NCBI GenBank assembly: GCA_035540635.1
Contig: DATLGH010000110.1
Span: 1 to 46,156 of the forward strand
Direction of reading: 5' to 3'
DNA: 46,156 nucleotides
Source of the DNA: Egibacteraceae bacterium
GTDB taxonomy: Bacteria > Actinomycetota > Nitriliruptoria > Euzebyales > Egibacteraceae
Positions 1 through 8,726 of this stretch are shown piece after piece (within the stretch, counting starts at the first letter, position 1; each line of letters begins with the position of its first letter). The position numbers were made by a program, and so were the translations under genes. Under the pieces are notes generated by a model. The model did no database searches. It saw nothing but the letters and a program-made list of their open reading frames with translations, and was not told the origin of the DNA.

Positions 1-738
1 CACGAGCGTGGAGGGGTGGGGGAACTTGCCGTAGAACAGGTTGACCATCTCCCGGCCGAGCCGGGTCATCTGGATGGCCTCGAGATAGATCTTGCCGGTC
101 AGGGGCGCCATCGCGTCCATGATGTCTTTGATCGTCTCGTAACCGTGCAGGCCCGAGTGCGGCGCAAGCGTCGTCTCGGCCTTGCGGACGATCTCGGGGT
201 TGGTGACCTCCACGAGCGGGGTCGAGTAGTCCGGACCCGACAGCAGCCCGAGGTGGATCGGCGCGTCGTAGAGCATCTCGGCGAGCTCGCCGAGGTTGCG
301 CGCGAGAATCCCCATGGGCGGCGGACGCACGCCGAACGCCATGTCCATGCACTGCGCGGACGTGGTCGCGTGCACGCCACCGCACACGCCGCAGGCGCGG
401 GAGGTGAGGTCGATCGAGTCGCGCGGGTCGCGGCCCTCGAGGATGAGCTCGTAGCCGCGGAAGAGCATCGCCATCGAGTGGCACTCGACGGCTTCGCGCT
501 TCTCGAGGTCGAGCTGGACGTGGACCGCGAGCGCGCCGGCCACCCGGGTGATCGGGTCGATCATCCAGTCGCGGACCTTCGGCTCGGTCGCCACGGCGCC
601 ACCAGCCACGCGGGCGGTCTTGGTCTTCGTGAAGCCCTTGGGCTTCGCGCCGTCGACCGTCCAGGGGTTGGCCACGCCCTCCTTCAGCTTGGCTCTTCCG
701 AGGTCGTCGAATTCAACGGGCAGGTTCTTGAAGCACAT
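1..738 (-). CDS. hhyL: [NiFe]-hydrogenase large subunit, N-terminal part (truncated by window start)
   Basis: Hand translation of the minus strand from the ATG at 738 (RBS GGAG upstream) gives MCFKNLPVEFDD...RDPRDSIDLTSRACGVCGGVHATTSAQ. This carries the L1 Ni-binding motif RxCGxCxxxH. The gene lies immediately downstream of the small subunit gene. Confidence 0.85.
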   Translation of the reverse strand, partial: MCFKNLPVEFDDLGRAKLKEGVANPWTVDGAKPKGFTKTKTARVAGGAVATEPKVRDWMIDPITRVAGALAVHVQLDLEKREAVECHSMAMLFRGYELILEGRDPRDSIDLTSRACGVCGGVHATTSAQCMDMAFGVRPPPMGILARNLGELAEMLYDAPIHLGLLSGPDYSTPLVEVTNPEIVRKAETTLAPHSGLHGYETIKDIMDAMAPLTGKIYLEAIQMTRLGREMVNLFYGKFPHPSTLV

Positions 739-772
739 GTGTGGGGCTCCTGGGCTTCGGGGTGGGTGGGAC

Positions 773-1996
773 TCAGGTCTTGTTCGCCCGCTGGCGGGCG
801 CGGTAGGCCTTGTAGAACAGCTTCTTGGCACTGCCGGGCTCGGACTTGTAGCGCGCCCAGCCGGAGGGCGCGCCGTCCTCGGTCCAGCGGGTGGTCATGT
901 TCTTGTCTTCCATGGTGATGGCGCGCATCCTGCGGATGGCGCCGCCCACGACCTTGGAGGCGCTGCTCGACACGAACGAGCCCGGGGAGGCCGCGTAGAT
1001 CGGGGCGAACTTGTCGGGGAAGCCCGGCATCGTGCAACCGATGCAGATGCCGCCCATGTTCATGCAGCCGCCGGTGCCGTTCACGATGCCGCGCTCGGCG
1101 ATGTTGCACTGCACGACGGGGCCCCAGCAGCCGAGCTCGACGAGGCACTCCTTGTCGCCGTACTCCTCCGCGAACACGCCTTCCTCGTAGTAGCCGGCAC
1201 GCGGGCAGTGGCGGTGGACGGTCTCGCCGAAGAGCCACGCGGGCCGTCCGAGCTCGTCGAACTCCGGCAGCGGGGCGAGGCCCTGGAGGAAGAGGATGAC
1301 CGCGGCTGCGGTCTCCATGAAGTTGTCACCAATCGGCGAGCAACCCGGAACGTTCACGACGGGCACGCCGAACGCCGAGCGGTAGTCGCGCCCGAGGAAG
1401 TCCATGACGGCCATGGAACCGGTGATGTTGCCCTCGGCGGCGGGGATGCCACCCCAGGTGGCGCAGGTGCCGATCGCCACGACGGCGGCGGCCTTCGGCG
1501 CCAGGCGCTTCATCCACTCCGCGGAGGTGATGGGCTGGCCCGTCGCCGGGTCGTCGCCGAGCCCCATGAAGAAGCCGTCGCCCGACTTCGTCTCGTCGAA
1601 CATGCTCCCCTCCCAGGTGATGACGAAGGGGGCGTCGAGCTCGCCGCGCTCGGCCATGTGCAGGTTCTCGATCCACTCCGCGCCCGACTCGACGGACACG
1701 ACCGTGTGAATGAGCTCGAGCTTCGGGAGCCCGGGGACGATGCCGTTCAGGAGGTGCTCCACCGGGGGGTTCGTGGCACCGGCCACCGCGATGGTGCACC
1801 CGTCACAGGAGCCGCCCACCATCCAGATGAGGTAGAGCTTCTCCAGCGGGCCGAGCCGCATCCGGTTCGGCGGGTCCGTGGAGGGCACCCGGCTCCGCAT
1901 CGCGATCGGTGCGAACGGGTCGTAGTCCGAGAGCTCTCGGACATCCCGACCCGTCGACGTGCCTGGATGGGGCTGAGCCCCCATGCGTTCAACCAT
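773..1996 (-). CDS. hhyS: [NiFe]-hydrogenase small subunit (group 1h/5-like, no Tat signal apparent); start codon uncertain
   Basis: The 407-aa ORF contains LIWMVGGSCDGCTIAVAGATNPP and many Cys in FeS-cluster-like spacing (GCSPIG, CWGPVVQCN, CIGCTMPGFPD). It is followed by the large subunit gene. Confidence 0.9.
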   Translation of the reverse strand: MVERMGAQPHPGTSTGRDVRELSDYDPFAPIAMRSRVPSTDPPNRMRLGPLEKLYLIWMVGGSCDGCTIAVAGATNPPVEHLLNGIVPGLPKLELIHTVVSVESGAEWIENLHMAERGELDAPFVITWEGSMFDETKSGDGFFMGLGDDPATGQPITSAEWMKRLAPKAAAVVAIGTCATWGGIPAAEGNITGSMAVMDFLGRDYRSAFGVPVVNVPGCSPIGDNFMETAAAVILFLQGLAPLPEFDELGRPAWLFGETVHRHCPRAGYYEEGVFAEEYGDKECLVELGCWGPVVQCNIAERGIVNGTGGCMNMGGICIGCTMPGFPDKFAPIYAASPGSFVSSSASKVVGGAIRRMRAITMEDKNMTTRWTEDGAPSGWARYKSEPGSAKKLFYKAYRARQRANKT

Positions 1997-2088
1997 TTGC
2001 GCGCCTCTCTCTCAACAGAAGCAGGACGGTGCGGGACGACGTGTAGTTTTCAGGTAGATGACGGTAACAGGTAGTCCGCTGCCGTCAA

Positions 2089-2182
2089 GGGTCTAGTCAT
2101 TCTGTCGGGGGTGTCTAGTCAACCTGCCCGCTTGTCGGCTCCCCGTCGCACGGGGTCTTGTCGGGCCTTGGTCTAGTCATCT
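2089..2182. promoter_or_regulatory. Direct-repeat array (GTCTAGTCA x3, TGTCGGG x3) in a lower-GC divergent promoter region between hhyS and the 2258 gene
   Basis: GTCTAGTCAT occurs at 2091-2100 and 2171-2180, and GTCTAGTCAA at 2113-2122. TGTCGGG motifs lie between them, and there is an inverted repeat CTAGT..ACTAG. All were read directly from the sequence. Confidence 0.4.
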
Positions 2183-2257
2183 CCGCTACCACTAGGATAC
2201 CGTCAGGCTGGTCCGATGCCGGATTTCCCCGGGCCGCGCCCGCCGAGGACCGACGTG

Positions 2258-2752
2258 ATGACCGACCTGCCGCCGCCCTACGGCCGCCCCCGCGGGCCGT
2301 CGCTCGCGAGGCCCGAGCTGCTCGCCGCCTTCCTCTCCGGCGCGGACGCGGGCAGCGCTCCCGACGCCCACATCGAGGGGGCGGTGCTCATGAGCGGTCA
2401 CCAACCCGTGGCCATGCGCATCGTGCGGGCGGTGCTCGTTCGGAGCGCCGAGATGACCGAGGACGCCGACGCCGTGCGCGCCGCGCTCTGCGCCACTCTG
2501 CGGCAGGCCGGCGCGGACCTCGTCGAGCAGGATGCGCCTCTGGCCAACCTCGTCGAGATCGAGCTCGTCGGCAGGCGCGCGGATCCCTGGGACCTCTGGG
2601 CGCAGGACGCGCAGGAGGGCCGGGCCGAGCTCGCGAGGCGCGCGCTCGGGGACATGCCGGACGCGGTCGGGATCCTCGAGGAGGACAAGGCTCGCCGGCA
2701 GGCGCAGTCGGAGATCGACGCCGCGCTGTCCGAGATCGAGCGCGAGCTCTAG
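2258..2752 (+). CDS. hypothetical protein (start may be 2216)
   Basis: ORF with a near-100% G/C third-position bias. No recognisable motifs. Confidence 0.5.
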   Translation: MTDLPPPYGRPRGPSLARPELLAAFLSGADAGSAPDAHIEGAVLMSGHQPVAMRIVRAVLVRSAEMTEDADAVRAALCATLRQAGADLVEQDAPLANLVEIELVGRRADPWDLWAQDAQEGRAELARRALGDMPDAVGILEEDKARRQAQSEIDAALSEIEREL

Positions 2753-2869
2753 CGGTCGCACCCCCAGCGGCGCCCCCCGGACATGCATCGGGGCCGCGCC
2801 AGCGGCGCGACCCCGGACGGGGCTCACCGGCCGCCGAGGGCGGCGGCGAGCCCGAGGAGGAACGCGGTC

Positions 2870-3037
2870 CTAGTACTCCGCCTTCAGCAGGCGCAGGGGG
2901 ATACCGTCGTGCGTGGGGCAGAAGCCGTCCGACTTCGCCTTCGTCTTGCAGCCGGGCACGGTGCAGACGTAGACGCCGCGGTTCGGCTTCGTGTAGCGCT
3001 GCAAGAGACTCACTCGTTCCGACGACTTGGTCCTCAT
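2870..3037 (-). CDS. small (55 aa) putative zinc-ribbon protein
   Basis: Internal ATG at 3037 preceded by RBS GGAGGA. Product is MRTKSSERVSLLQRYTKPNRGVYVCTVPGCKTKAKSDGFCPTHDGIPLRLLKAEY with C-x4-C-x9-C-x2-H ligands. GC is markedly lower than the surroundings. Confidence 0.5.
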   Translation of the reverse strand: MRTKSSERVSLLQRYTKPNRGVYVCTVPGCKTKAKSDGFCPTHDGIPLRLLKAEY

Positions 3038-3163
3038 GTAGCCATCCTCCGCACGGTCGCAATCCCTGCCGGGACTTCCGGTCACTACATGATACCTGCA
3101 CAGAGCGATCCTCATAGACCAACTTCGTGGATTCGCTTTCCCACGCGTGCGTATCCTTGCCGC

Positions 3164-3637
3164 ATGACCCCAGGCAGCGACATCCTCGAGCGCGTGCGGA
3201 CCGCCCAGGCCGAGCTCGGCACCGGCGACCCCGCGGACGCCCTCGCGCTCGTCGAGCCGCTGCTCGACGAGACGGCGGAGGCCCTGCGAAGCCTCGACTT
3301 CGTCGCGCGCTCGCCGGAGGACCGGCGCGCGGTGGTCGAGGCCTTCTGCTACGCGCGCGTGACCGCCATCCTCGCGCTCGAGTCGGTGGGGGCGACCGCG
3401 GCGGTGGGGCGCATCCGGGCGCTCGCCGCCGAGGCGCTCGACGTCGCCGCGGAGGGCAACGACGCGTGGAAGGTGCTGTGCGCCGCGGCCGAGATGCTGA
3501 GCCGGGCGGGCGACGCCGACGGCGCCGCCTCGTCGGTCATGGCCGCGGCACGCCTCGCGCCGGAGGACGTGGAGTACGTCCGCCAGCTGCGCGGCAGCAT
3601 CCGGTCGATGTTCCCCGCCGCCTTCGCCGACCGGTAG
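3164..3637 (+). CDS. hypothetical all-alpha protein
   Basis: ORF with strong GC3 bias. ATG at 3164. Confidence 0.5.
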   Translation: MTPGSDILERVRTAQAELGTGDPADALALVEPLLDETAEALRSLDFVARSPEDRRAVVEAFCYARVTAILALESVGATAAVGRIRALAAEALDVAAEGNDAWKVLCAAAEMLSRAGDADGAASSVMAAARLAPEDVEYVRQLRGSIRSMFPAAFADR

Positions 3638-3684
3638 GCCCGCCCGCTCGCGGGCCCGAGAGGCGCCGGGCGCTGCCCGGTCGG

Positions 3685-3755
3685 TGTCCCCGACACTGTG
3701 TCGGGACCTGCTAACTCGATGTTCCCCGCACTGTGTCCCGCGCTGCTAATTGGAC
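3685..3755. promoter_or_regulatory. Two ~32-bp direct repeats, each with a GACAC-N-GTGTC palindrome followed by CTGCTAAyT, upstream of the orphan hydrogenase-like gene
   Basis: Read directly: tgtccccgACACTGTGTCgggaccTGCTAActcga and ttccccgcACTGTGTCccgcgCTGCTAAttgga. An AT-richer stretch (cacgtattgag) follows. Confidence 0.35.
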
Positions 3756-3848
3756 ATTCCACGTATTGAGCAAGTCCGGTTTCCGCCCCACCATGCCGGT
3801 GAAACCGCCTCGACGTCCGTCGGGGTGACGACAGCGGAAGGACGCACG

Positions 3849-5570
3849 ATGGCGGCTGCGGCGCCCACTCCAACCCGGCCACTGACCACGCGGGAGGGCA
3901 GCGCGCGCGCTGGCCGGTCCACGATCCTCCACGACCCCGTGACCCGCGTGGGGGGAGGGCTCGGCGTCCGGGTCGAGACGCAGGGTTCCACGATCACCGA
4001 CGCGCACGTCTCGGGGACCTCGTTCCGGGGTTACGAGCCGATCCTGCTGGGACGCGACCCCCGCGACTTCCTCCCGCTCATCTCCCGTGCGTGCGGCTGG
4101 TGCGGCAGCATCCACCAGACGACCGCGTCGGTGGCCGAGGAGATGGCGTGGGGCCTGAGGCCGCCGCCGATGGCGCTCGCGCTGCGCGGGATCGCTCAGG
4201 CTACCGAGGCGATCTGGATCCACGCCGCGCACCTCGCCGTGCGGGCGGGGCCTGACTACTCCGCTCCGGTCGTGCGGAGGACCACCCCGTGGGTGTGGGA
4301 CCTCGCGAAACGCACCGAGGCGCCCGGGGCGGCGACGCACGGCTACAAGACCATCGCCGAGCTCATGGAGGAGCTGCGCTACTTCGAGGGCAAGTACTGG
4401 TGGAACACCATCCCGGCGGGCCGCAAGGTTCTCGAGATGATCAACCTCATGTACGGCAAGTACCCCCACCCGTCGGTGCTGAGCCCCGGCGGCGTCGGCT
4501 CCACCCTCACCGTGGGCAACTTCACCTACTACTACACCCGCCTCTACCAGTCGGTGGACTACGTCAAGCAGGTCATCGCCATCTGGGACGACCTCGTCGA
4601 CTTCCTCTACGCGGCCGACCCGCGATTCGCCGAACAGGGGGAGCGCCCCGCGAGCTTCATCCACGCGGGCGCCTGGGACCACGACGCCGCGAGCGGCTAC
4701 GACGGCAGCTGGGCCGGGCTGGACAACGACGGTCGCCGGCGCCTCGCTCCGCCGGGGGTCATGCTCGACGGTCGGCTCGCGACCGGTCGGCTGAGCGAGG
4801 TGAACGCCGGCGTCGAGGAGTCGGTTGCGCACTCCTTCTACAGCGGCTGGGAGTCGTCGGGGGGCACCGACCCGAGCGGAGGCGCGCTGTCCTCGGGGCA
4901 TCCGTGGAACAAGACGACCATCGCCGCGCCGGCACCGCGCGACTTCGCCGGCGCCTACTCCTGGTGCACCGCACCGCGCTGGCAGGGCAACGTCGTCGAG
5001 AGCACGCCACTCGGCCGTCTGTGGCTCACCGCGCAGCGGACGGACTTCCCGCCGAACGACTACATCGAGCCGACCGGCACGAGTGTCCGGATCCTCGTCC
5101 CGGAGAACTTCCTTCCCGAGACCATTGTCGAGTGGCACATCCCCAAGCGCGTCAACACCCTCGAGCGCCTGCGCGCCGACGCCTACGGGGTCGCGTTCTC
5201 GGGCCTCTGCGCGGCGCTCTGCGTGCTCGACGGTTTCACGCTCATGCGCCACCGCCGCACCGACGTGTCGCACGGCTTCACCGTCCCGAAGGGCGAGACG
5301 GCCGGCGTCGGACTGTTGGACTCCGGGCGTGGCATGAACGCCCACTACCTCCGGACGGACGGCAAGCGCCGGATCAGCACGATGCAGGTCGTCGGCCCGT
5401 CCACGTGGAACGCCTCGCCGCGCGACGCCACGGGCCAGCCCGGGCCGCTCGAGGAGGCGCTCATCGGCACGCCGATCATCGAGGAACCCGCAGACGGCCG
5501 CCTGACCGGTATCGACGCCATCCGAACCATTCACGGCTTTGATCCGTGTATGCACTGCGGCACGCACTAG
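3849..5570 (+). CDS. orphan [NiFe]-hydrogenase large-subunit paralog (no adjacent small subunit, no C-terminal extension)
   Basis: L1 motif RACGWCGSIHQ and L2 motif DPCMHCGTH, the latter immediately followed by the stop codon. About 40% identity to hhyL over the N-terminal ~200 aa by eye. Start ATG at 3849 with RBS GGAAGGA. Confidence 0.8.
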   Translation: MAAAAPTPTRPLTTREGSARAGRSTILHDPVTRVGGGLGVRVETQGSTITDAHVSGTSFRGYEPILLGRDPRDFLPLISRACGWCGSIHQTTASVAEEMAWGLRPPPMALALRGIAQATEAIWIHAAHLAVRAGPDYSAPVVRRTTPWVWDLAKRTEAPGAATHGYKTIAELMEELRYFEGKYWWNTIPAGRKVLEMINLMYGKYPHPSVLSPGGVGSTLTVGNFTYYYTRLYQSVDYVKQVIAIWDDLVDFLYAADPRFAEQGERPASFIHAGAWDHDAASGYDGSWAGLDNDGRRRLAPPGVMLDGRLATGRLSEVNAGVEESVAHSFYSGWESSGGTDPSGGALSSGHPWNKTTIAAPAPRDFAGAYSWCTAPRWQGNVVESTPLGRLWLTAQRTDFPPNDYIEPTGTSVRILVPENFLPETIVEWHIPKRVNTLERLRADAYGVAFSGLCAALCVLDGFTLMRHRRTDVSHGFTVPKGETAGVGLLDSGRGMNAHYLRTDGKRRISTMQVVGPSTWNASPRDATGQPGPLEEALIGTPIIEEPADGRLTGIDAIRTIHGFDPCMHCGTH

Positions 5571-5660
5571 TTTCCGCAGGCGGGTGGACCATACGTGAAG
5601 TCCACATATACTCGGGACGGAGGAAACCGAGGCGAACGAGCCTGACCGCAAGGAGCGTCG

Positions 5661-5939
5661 ATGAGCACCGGCTGGGTCATCGGCTTCGGGGTGGGCGCGG
5701 CGGTGGTGGTGGTCGTCGTCGTGCTGCTCCTGCTCATGATCGCCGGTATGCGCGCCGCGGCCATCCGGGCGGAGTCGATCCTGGCCGCCCTCCACGCCGC
5801 TCGGGACAACACCCAGGGACTCTGGGAGATCGAGCGCATCAACACCCTGACCACCCGCATCCTCGTCGCCGCCACCACCGCCCGGCAGGCGCTCGCCCGC
5901 CGGGCCGGGTACCGCGTAGGGGAGGTCGGTCAGCGATGA
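5661..5939 (+). CDS. small single-pass membrane protein, family C (paralog array 1)
   Basis: RBS AAGGAG precedes the start. N-terminal hydrophobic helix GAAVVVVVVVLLLLMIAG. Paralogous to 5936..6196, 9805..10077 and 10074..10361. Confidence 0.6.
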   Translation: MSTGWVIGFGVGAAVVVVVVVLLLLMIAGMRAAAIRAESILAALHAARDNTQGLWEIERINTLTTRILVAATTARQALARRAGYRVGEVGQR

Positions 5940-6196
5940 CCGACGAGACCCTGTGGTGGACCGCTCTCGGTCTCGGGGCGGTGGTCGCCGTCGTCGCGGT
6001 CGCCCTCCTTCAGGTGTTCCTCGGGTACGTCCGCCGGGTCGAACGGGGGGCGGAGGCGATCTGGGAGGCCGGCAAGCAGGTCGCGCGCAACACCTCGACG
6101 ACGTGGATGCTCGGGCAGACCTCCGAGCGCCTCGACGAGCTCGCCGCCGAGGCGGCGCGCCACGACGCGTTCCTGCGCTCGGTCAAGGGGGCATGA
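5936..6196 (+). CDS. small single-pass membrane protein, family C
   Basis: ATGA overlap with the upstream gene. Product MTDETLWWTALGLGAVVAVVAVALL... contains the shared W..LG.GAVV motif. Confidence 0.6.
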   Translation: MTDETLWWTALGLGAVVAVVAVALLQVFLGYVRRVERGAEAIWEAGKQVARNTSTTWMLGQTSERLDELAAEAARHDAFLRSVKGA

Positions 6197-6200
6197 GCCG

Positions 6201-6518
6201 ATGCGTCCCCTGCTCGTCGCCCTGACCGCCGCGGAGATCACCCTCGTCGTCGTCGTGCTCGCCGTGTACCTCCACAAGATCGCGGGATCGCTGCGGGCTA
6301 CCGCAGGGTTCCTCGGCAAGACGAACTTCGGCGTGCGCGCGATCGAGTCGCAGTGCGCCCCGATCGGGCCGGCGGTCACGAGGATCAACGCGCAGCTGGG
6401 CGTCATCTCGTCGGCGCTCGGCGGCCTCGCCGACCTCGCCGAGGGGCTTCCGACCCAGACCAACGGTCGGGACCCCAAGCACACCTCCTCCCGGAGAAGG
6501 AGAAAGAGCCGTGGCTGA
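6201..6518 (+). CDS. small single-pass membrane protein, family A (FGVRAI motif)
   Basis: TM helix followed by GKTNFGVRAIESQ..PIGPAV..INAQL. Paralogous to 9031..9273, 9542..9808 and 28117..28368. Confidence 0.6.
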   Translation: MRPLLVALTAAEITLVVVVLAVYLHKIAGSLRATAGFLGKTNFGVRAIESQCAPIGPAVTRINAQLGVISSALGGLADLAEGLPTQTNGRDPKHTSSRRRRKSRG

Positions 6519-6924
6519 ACTGCAGACCCCGAAGTCGGAGGCGCTGCGCGCCCTGTTCTGGAGGAGCGAGATCCTCCAGGTCATGTACTGGCTGCGGGGG
6601 GAGGGCCTCGGTGACGAGATCACCCCGCGGATGATGGAGCGCTTCCTCGGCGTGGGCGCGGAGGTCGGGGTCACCTACCTCAACCGGCTCGTCGAGGAGG
6701 GCTACCTCGACCGCACCGAGCGGGGGTTCACCCTGTCTCCCCGCGGTATCGAGGAGGGGGCGGCAGAGTTCGCGTCTTCGTTCGCCGAGCTCACCCGGCC
6801 CACCCACGGCGAGTGCAGCGCCGACTGCTGGTGCCACAACTCGCCGGAGGAGGCGGACGCCTGTGCCGCCGAGCGCGGCGCTCACAGCCACTCCCACGAT
6901 CACGACCACGACCACGACCACTGA
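6511..6924 (+). CDS. winged-helix protein with Cys4 plus His-rich (HSHSHDHDHDHDH) metal-binding tail
   Basis: GTG start with a strong RBS GGAGAAGGAG. The C-terminus reads HGECSADCWCHNSPEEADACAAERGAHSHSHDHDHDHDH. Confidence 0.6.
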   Translation: MAELQTPKSEALRALFWRSEILQVMYWLRGEGLGDEITPRMMERFLGVGAEVGVTYLNRLVEEGYLDRTERGFTLSPRGIEEGAAEFASSFAELTRPTHGECSADCWCHNSPEEADACAAERGAHSHSHDHDHDHDH

Positions 6925-6977
6925 GCCGCTGCGTCGCAGCGGCCCTGGAAGCCGAGCCGGACCCCGGGGAGCCCACC

Positions 6978-7358
6978 ATGTCCACCTCACGCATAGACGA
7001 CGCGCCGGGCGGCTTGCCCCGCAACTACCTGCGGCCCTGCCTGCTCCTCCTCCTCGGTGAGGGAGCCTCGCACGGCTACGAGCTGCTCGAGCAGGTGGGC
7101 GTCCTCGGGCTCGAGAAGGCCGACCCGGGTGGTCTCTACCGCACTCTGCGGGCCATGGAGCAGGAAGAGCTCGTGCGCTCGTGGTGGGAGCACTCCGAGT
7201 CGGGTCCCGCGCGGCGGACGTACGACCTCACGGAGGAGGGGCGTGACTGGCTCCACGCCTGGGCTGGATCCCTGCGTGAGGTGCACCGGCTGCTCGGGCT
7301 CTACCTCGACCGCTACGAGGCCCTGGTCGAGGGCTCGCACTCGACCCTCACGTCATGA
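6978..7358 (+). CDS. PadR-family transcriptional regulator
   Basis: LLLLLGEGASHGYELLEQ...GGLYRTLRAMEQEELV is a typical PadR winged helix. Confidence 0.8.
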   Translation: MSTSRIDDAPGGLPRNYLRPCLLLLLGEGASHGYELLEQVGVLGLEKADPGGLYRTLRAMEQEELVRSWWEHSESGPARRTYDLTEEGRDWLHAWAGSLREVHRLLGLYLDRYEALVEGSHSTLTS

Positions 7359-8128
7359 GGATCGCGCTCGCCGGCAAGGGCGGTGCCGGCAAGACGACGA
7401 CGTCGGCGACGCTGGCACGGCTTCTCGCCCTGGGCGGGACGCCCGTCGTCGCCATCGACGCCGACAGCAACCCCAACCTCTCCTTCGCCCTCGGCGTCCC
7501 GCGGGAGGAGGCGACGCAGGCCAGGGGCCTGCCGACCTCGCTCGTCTCCCGCCGCCTCGGTGGCCCGGGCCTGACCCAGTCGCTCGACACCGCCCTGGAC
7601 CGGCACGCGATCGTCGCGCCCGACGGGGTCCGCGTCCTGCTCATGGGGATGCCCGCGCACGCGGAGGAGGGATGCCTCTGCTCGGCGCACGCGACGGTCA
7701 GCGCGGTCCTCGAGGACCTCGGAACCCGGCAGGAGGTGGTGACGATCATGGACATGGAAGCGTCACCGGAGCACCTGAGCCGGGGCACCGCCCGCCACGT
7801 CGATCAGCTGCTGCTCATCACCGAGCCCTACTACCGGTCGCTGGAGACGGCGCGCAGGATGGCGGCCCTCGCCGCGGAGCTGCCGATCTCCCGCGTGGCC
7901 GTGGTCGGCAACAAGATCCGCTCTGAGGGCGACGCCGAGGCGATCGGCGCCTTCTCGGAGCGACACGGCCTCGAGGTGGCCGGTTACGTCCCGTGGAGCG
8001 ACGCCGTGACGGAGGCCGACGCGCAGGGCGTCCCCCTCGTCGAGCGCGACCCCGACGGTCCCGCTGTCCAGGCCATCGCCGAGCTCGCTCGGGGACTCGT
8101 CGCGTACCAGTTCCAGACGGCGGGTTAG
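7355..8128 (+). CDS. CooC/MinD-family P-loop ATPase (putative Ni-insertion accessory protein), paralog 1
   Basis: Deviant Walker A GKGGAGKTTT, DADSNPNL, and CxC motif GCLCSAHA. ATGA overlap with the PadR gene. Confidence 0.85.
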   Translation: MRIALAGKGGAGKTTTSATLARLLALGGTPVVAIDADSNPNLSFALGVPREEATQARGLPTSLVSRRLGGPGLTQSLDTALDRHAIVAPDGVRVLLMGMPAHAEEGCLCSAHATVSAVLEDLGTRQEVVTIMDMEASPEHLSRGTARHVDQLLLITEPYYRSLETARRMAALAAELPISRVAVVGNKIRSEGDAEAIGAFSERHGLEVAGYVPWSDAVTEADAQGVPLVERDPDGPAVQAIAELARGLVAYQFQTAG

Positions 8129-8189
8129 GGCACCCGCAAACCGGTTAGACTGCGGGCTGCTCCGGGCAGCTCGACCAAAGCGGTTCGCC

Positions 8190-8675
8190 ATGCCGGTTAC
8201 GCCCGTCAGTGAAGAGCGGCTCCGCGTCGTGGTCACGCGCGAGCGCCGCACGCCTCCGCGACTCTACGAGCGCAATCCCGTCGCGGGGCTCATCGTCGAG
8301 AGCATGGCGAAGGCCAGCGACCGCCACGAGCACGCCGTGCGCGATGCCGGGGCCTTCCTGCTGGACCTCCTCCGCGCGAACGAGCCCGAGGCGCCGTGCC
8401 TGTCCCTGCCCGTGGCGATGCGGGTCCTCGCCCGCGACGAGGCTCGGCCGATGGACGATGTGTGCTGCTACCTCTCGCGCACCGCACGCCAGGACGTCCT
8501 GCTCGGCATCGCCGTGCACGCCCTCGTCGGCGGCTGCGTGGGCCCGCGCCGGCGCCGCCAGGAGCACACCGACGCGCGCCGCGAGGCCGTGATCCGGACC
8601 CTCTACCTGCTGCTCCGCATGTTCGAGGCCCAGCAGCAGGTCGACGACCTCCATCACCACTACGCCGCCGACTAG
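8190..8675 (+). CDS. hypothetical protein
   Basis: ORF with a strong GC3 bias. Confidence 0.55.
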   Translation: MPVTPVSEERLRVVVTRERRTPPRLYERNPVAGLIVESMAKASDRHEHAVRDAGAFLLDLLRANEPEAPCLSLPVAMRVLARDEARPMDDVCCYLSRTARQDVLLGIAVHALVGGCVGPRRRRQEHTDARREAVIRTLYLLLRMFEAQQQVDDLHHHYAAD

Positions 8676-8691
8676 CAGCCCGCCGGCAACC

Positions 8692-8723
8692 GAGAAGCCC
8701 CCCGCATCGGCGGGGGGCTTCTC
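8692..8723. terminator. 12-bp perfect inverted repeat (GAGAAGCCCCCC / GGGGGGCTTCTC) between convergent genes, a possible bidirectional terminator
   Basis: Read directly from the sequence. No T-tract follows. Confidence 0.4.
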
Positions 8724-8726
8724 CGT

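Noticed and set aside
16-918. 300-aa plus-strand ORF (and 548..2074 +, 99..380 -, 684..1238 -, 1081..1332 -, 1326..1799 -)
   Set aside because: These are Arg/Gly/Ala-rich and lie antisense to or out of frame with the well-supported hhyL and hhyS genes. They are typical high-GC shadow ORFs.
2158-3122. Overlapping long ORFs (2158..3117 +, 2388..3122 -, 2192..2827 -) with extreme Arg/Pro content
   Set aside because: They have low-complexity composition and conflict with better-supported genes (2258..2752, 2870..3037). They are probably frame artefacts.
3711-5795. 694-aa minus-strand ORF and 4289..5542 plus-strand ORF
   Set aside because: They are antisense to or out of frame with the hydrogenase large-subunit paralog, which has clear catalytic motifs. 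Their content is Arg-rich.
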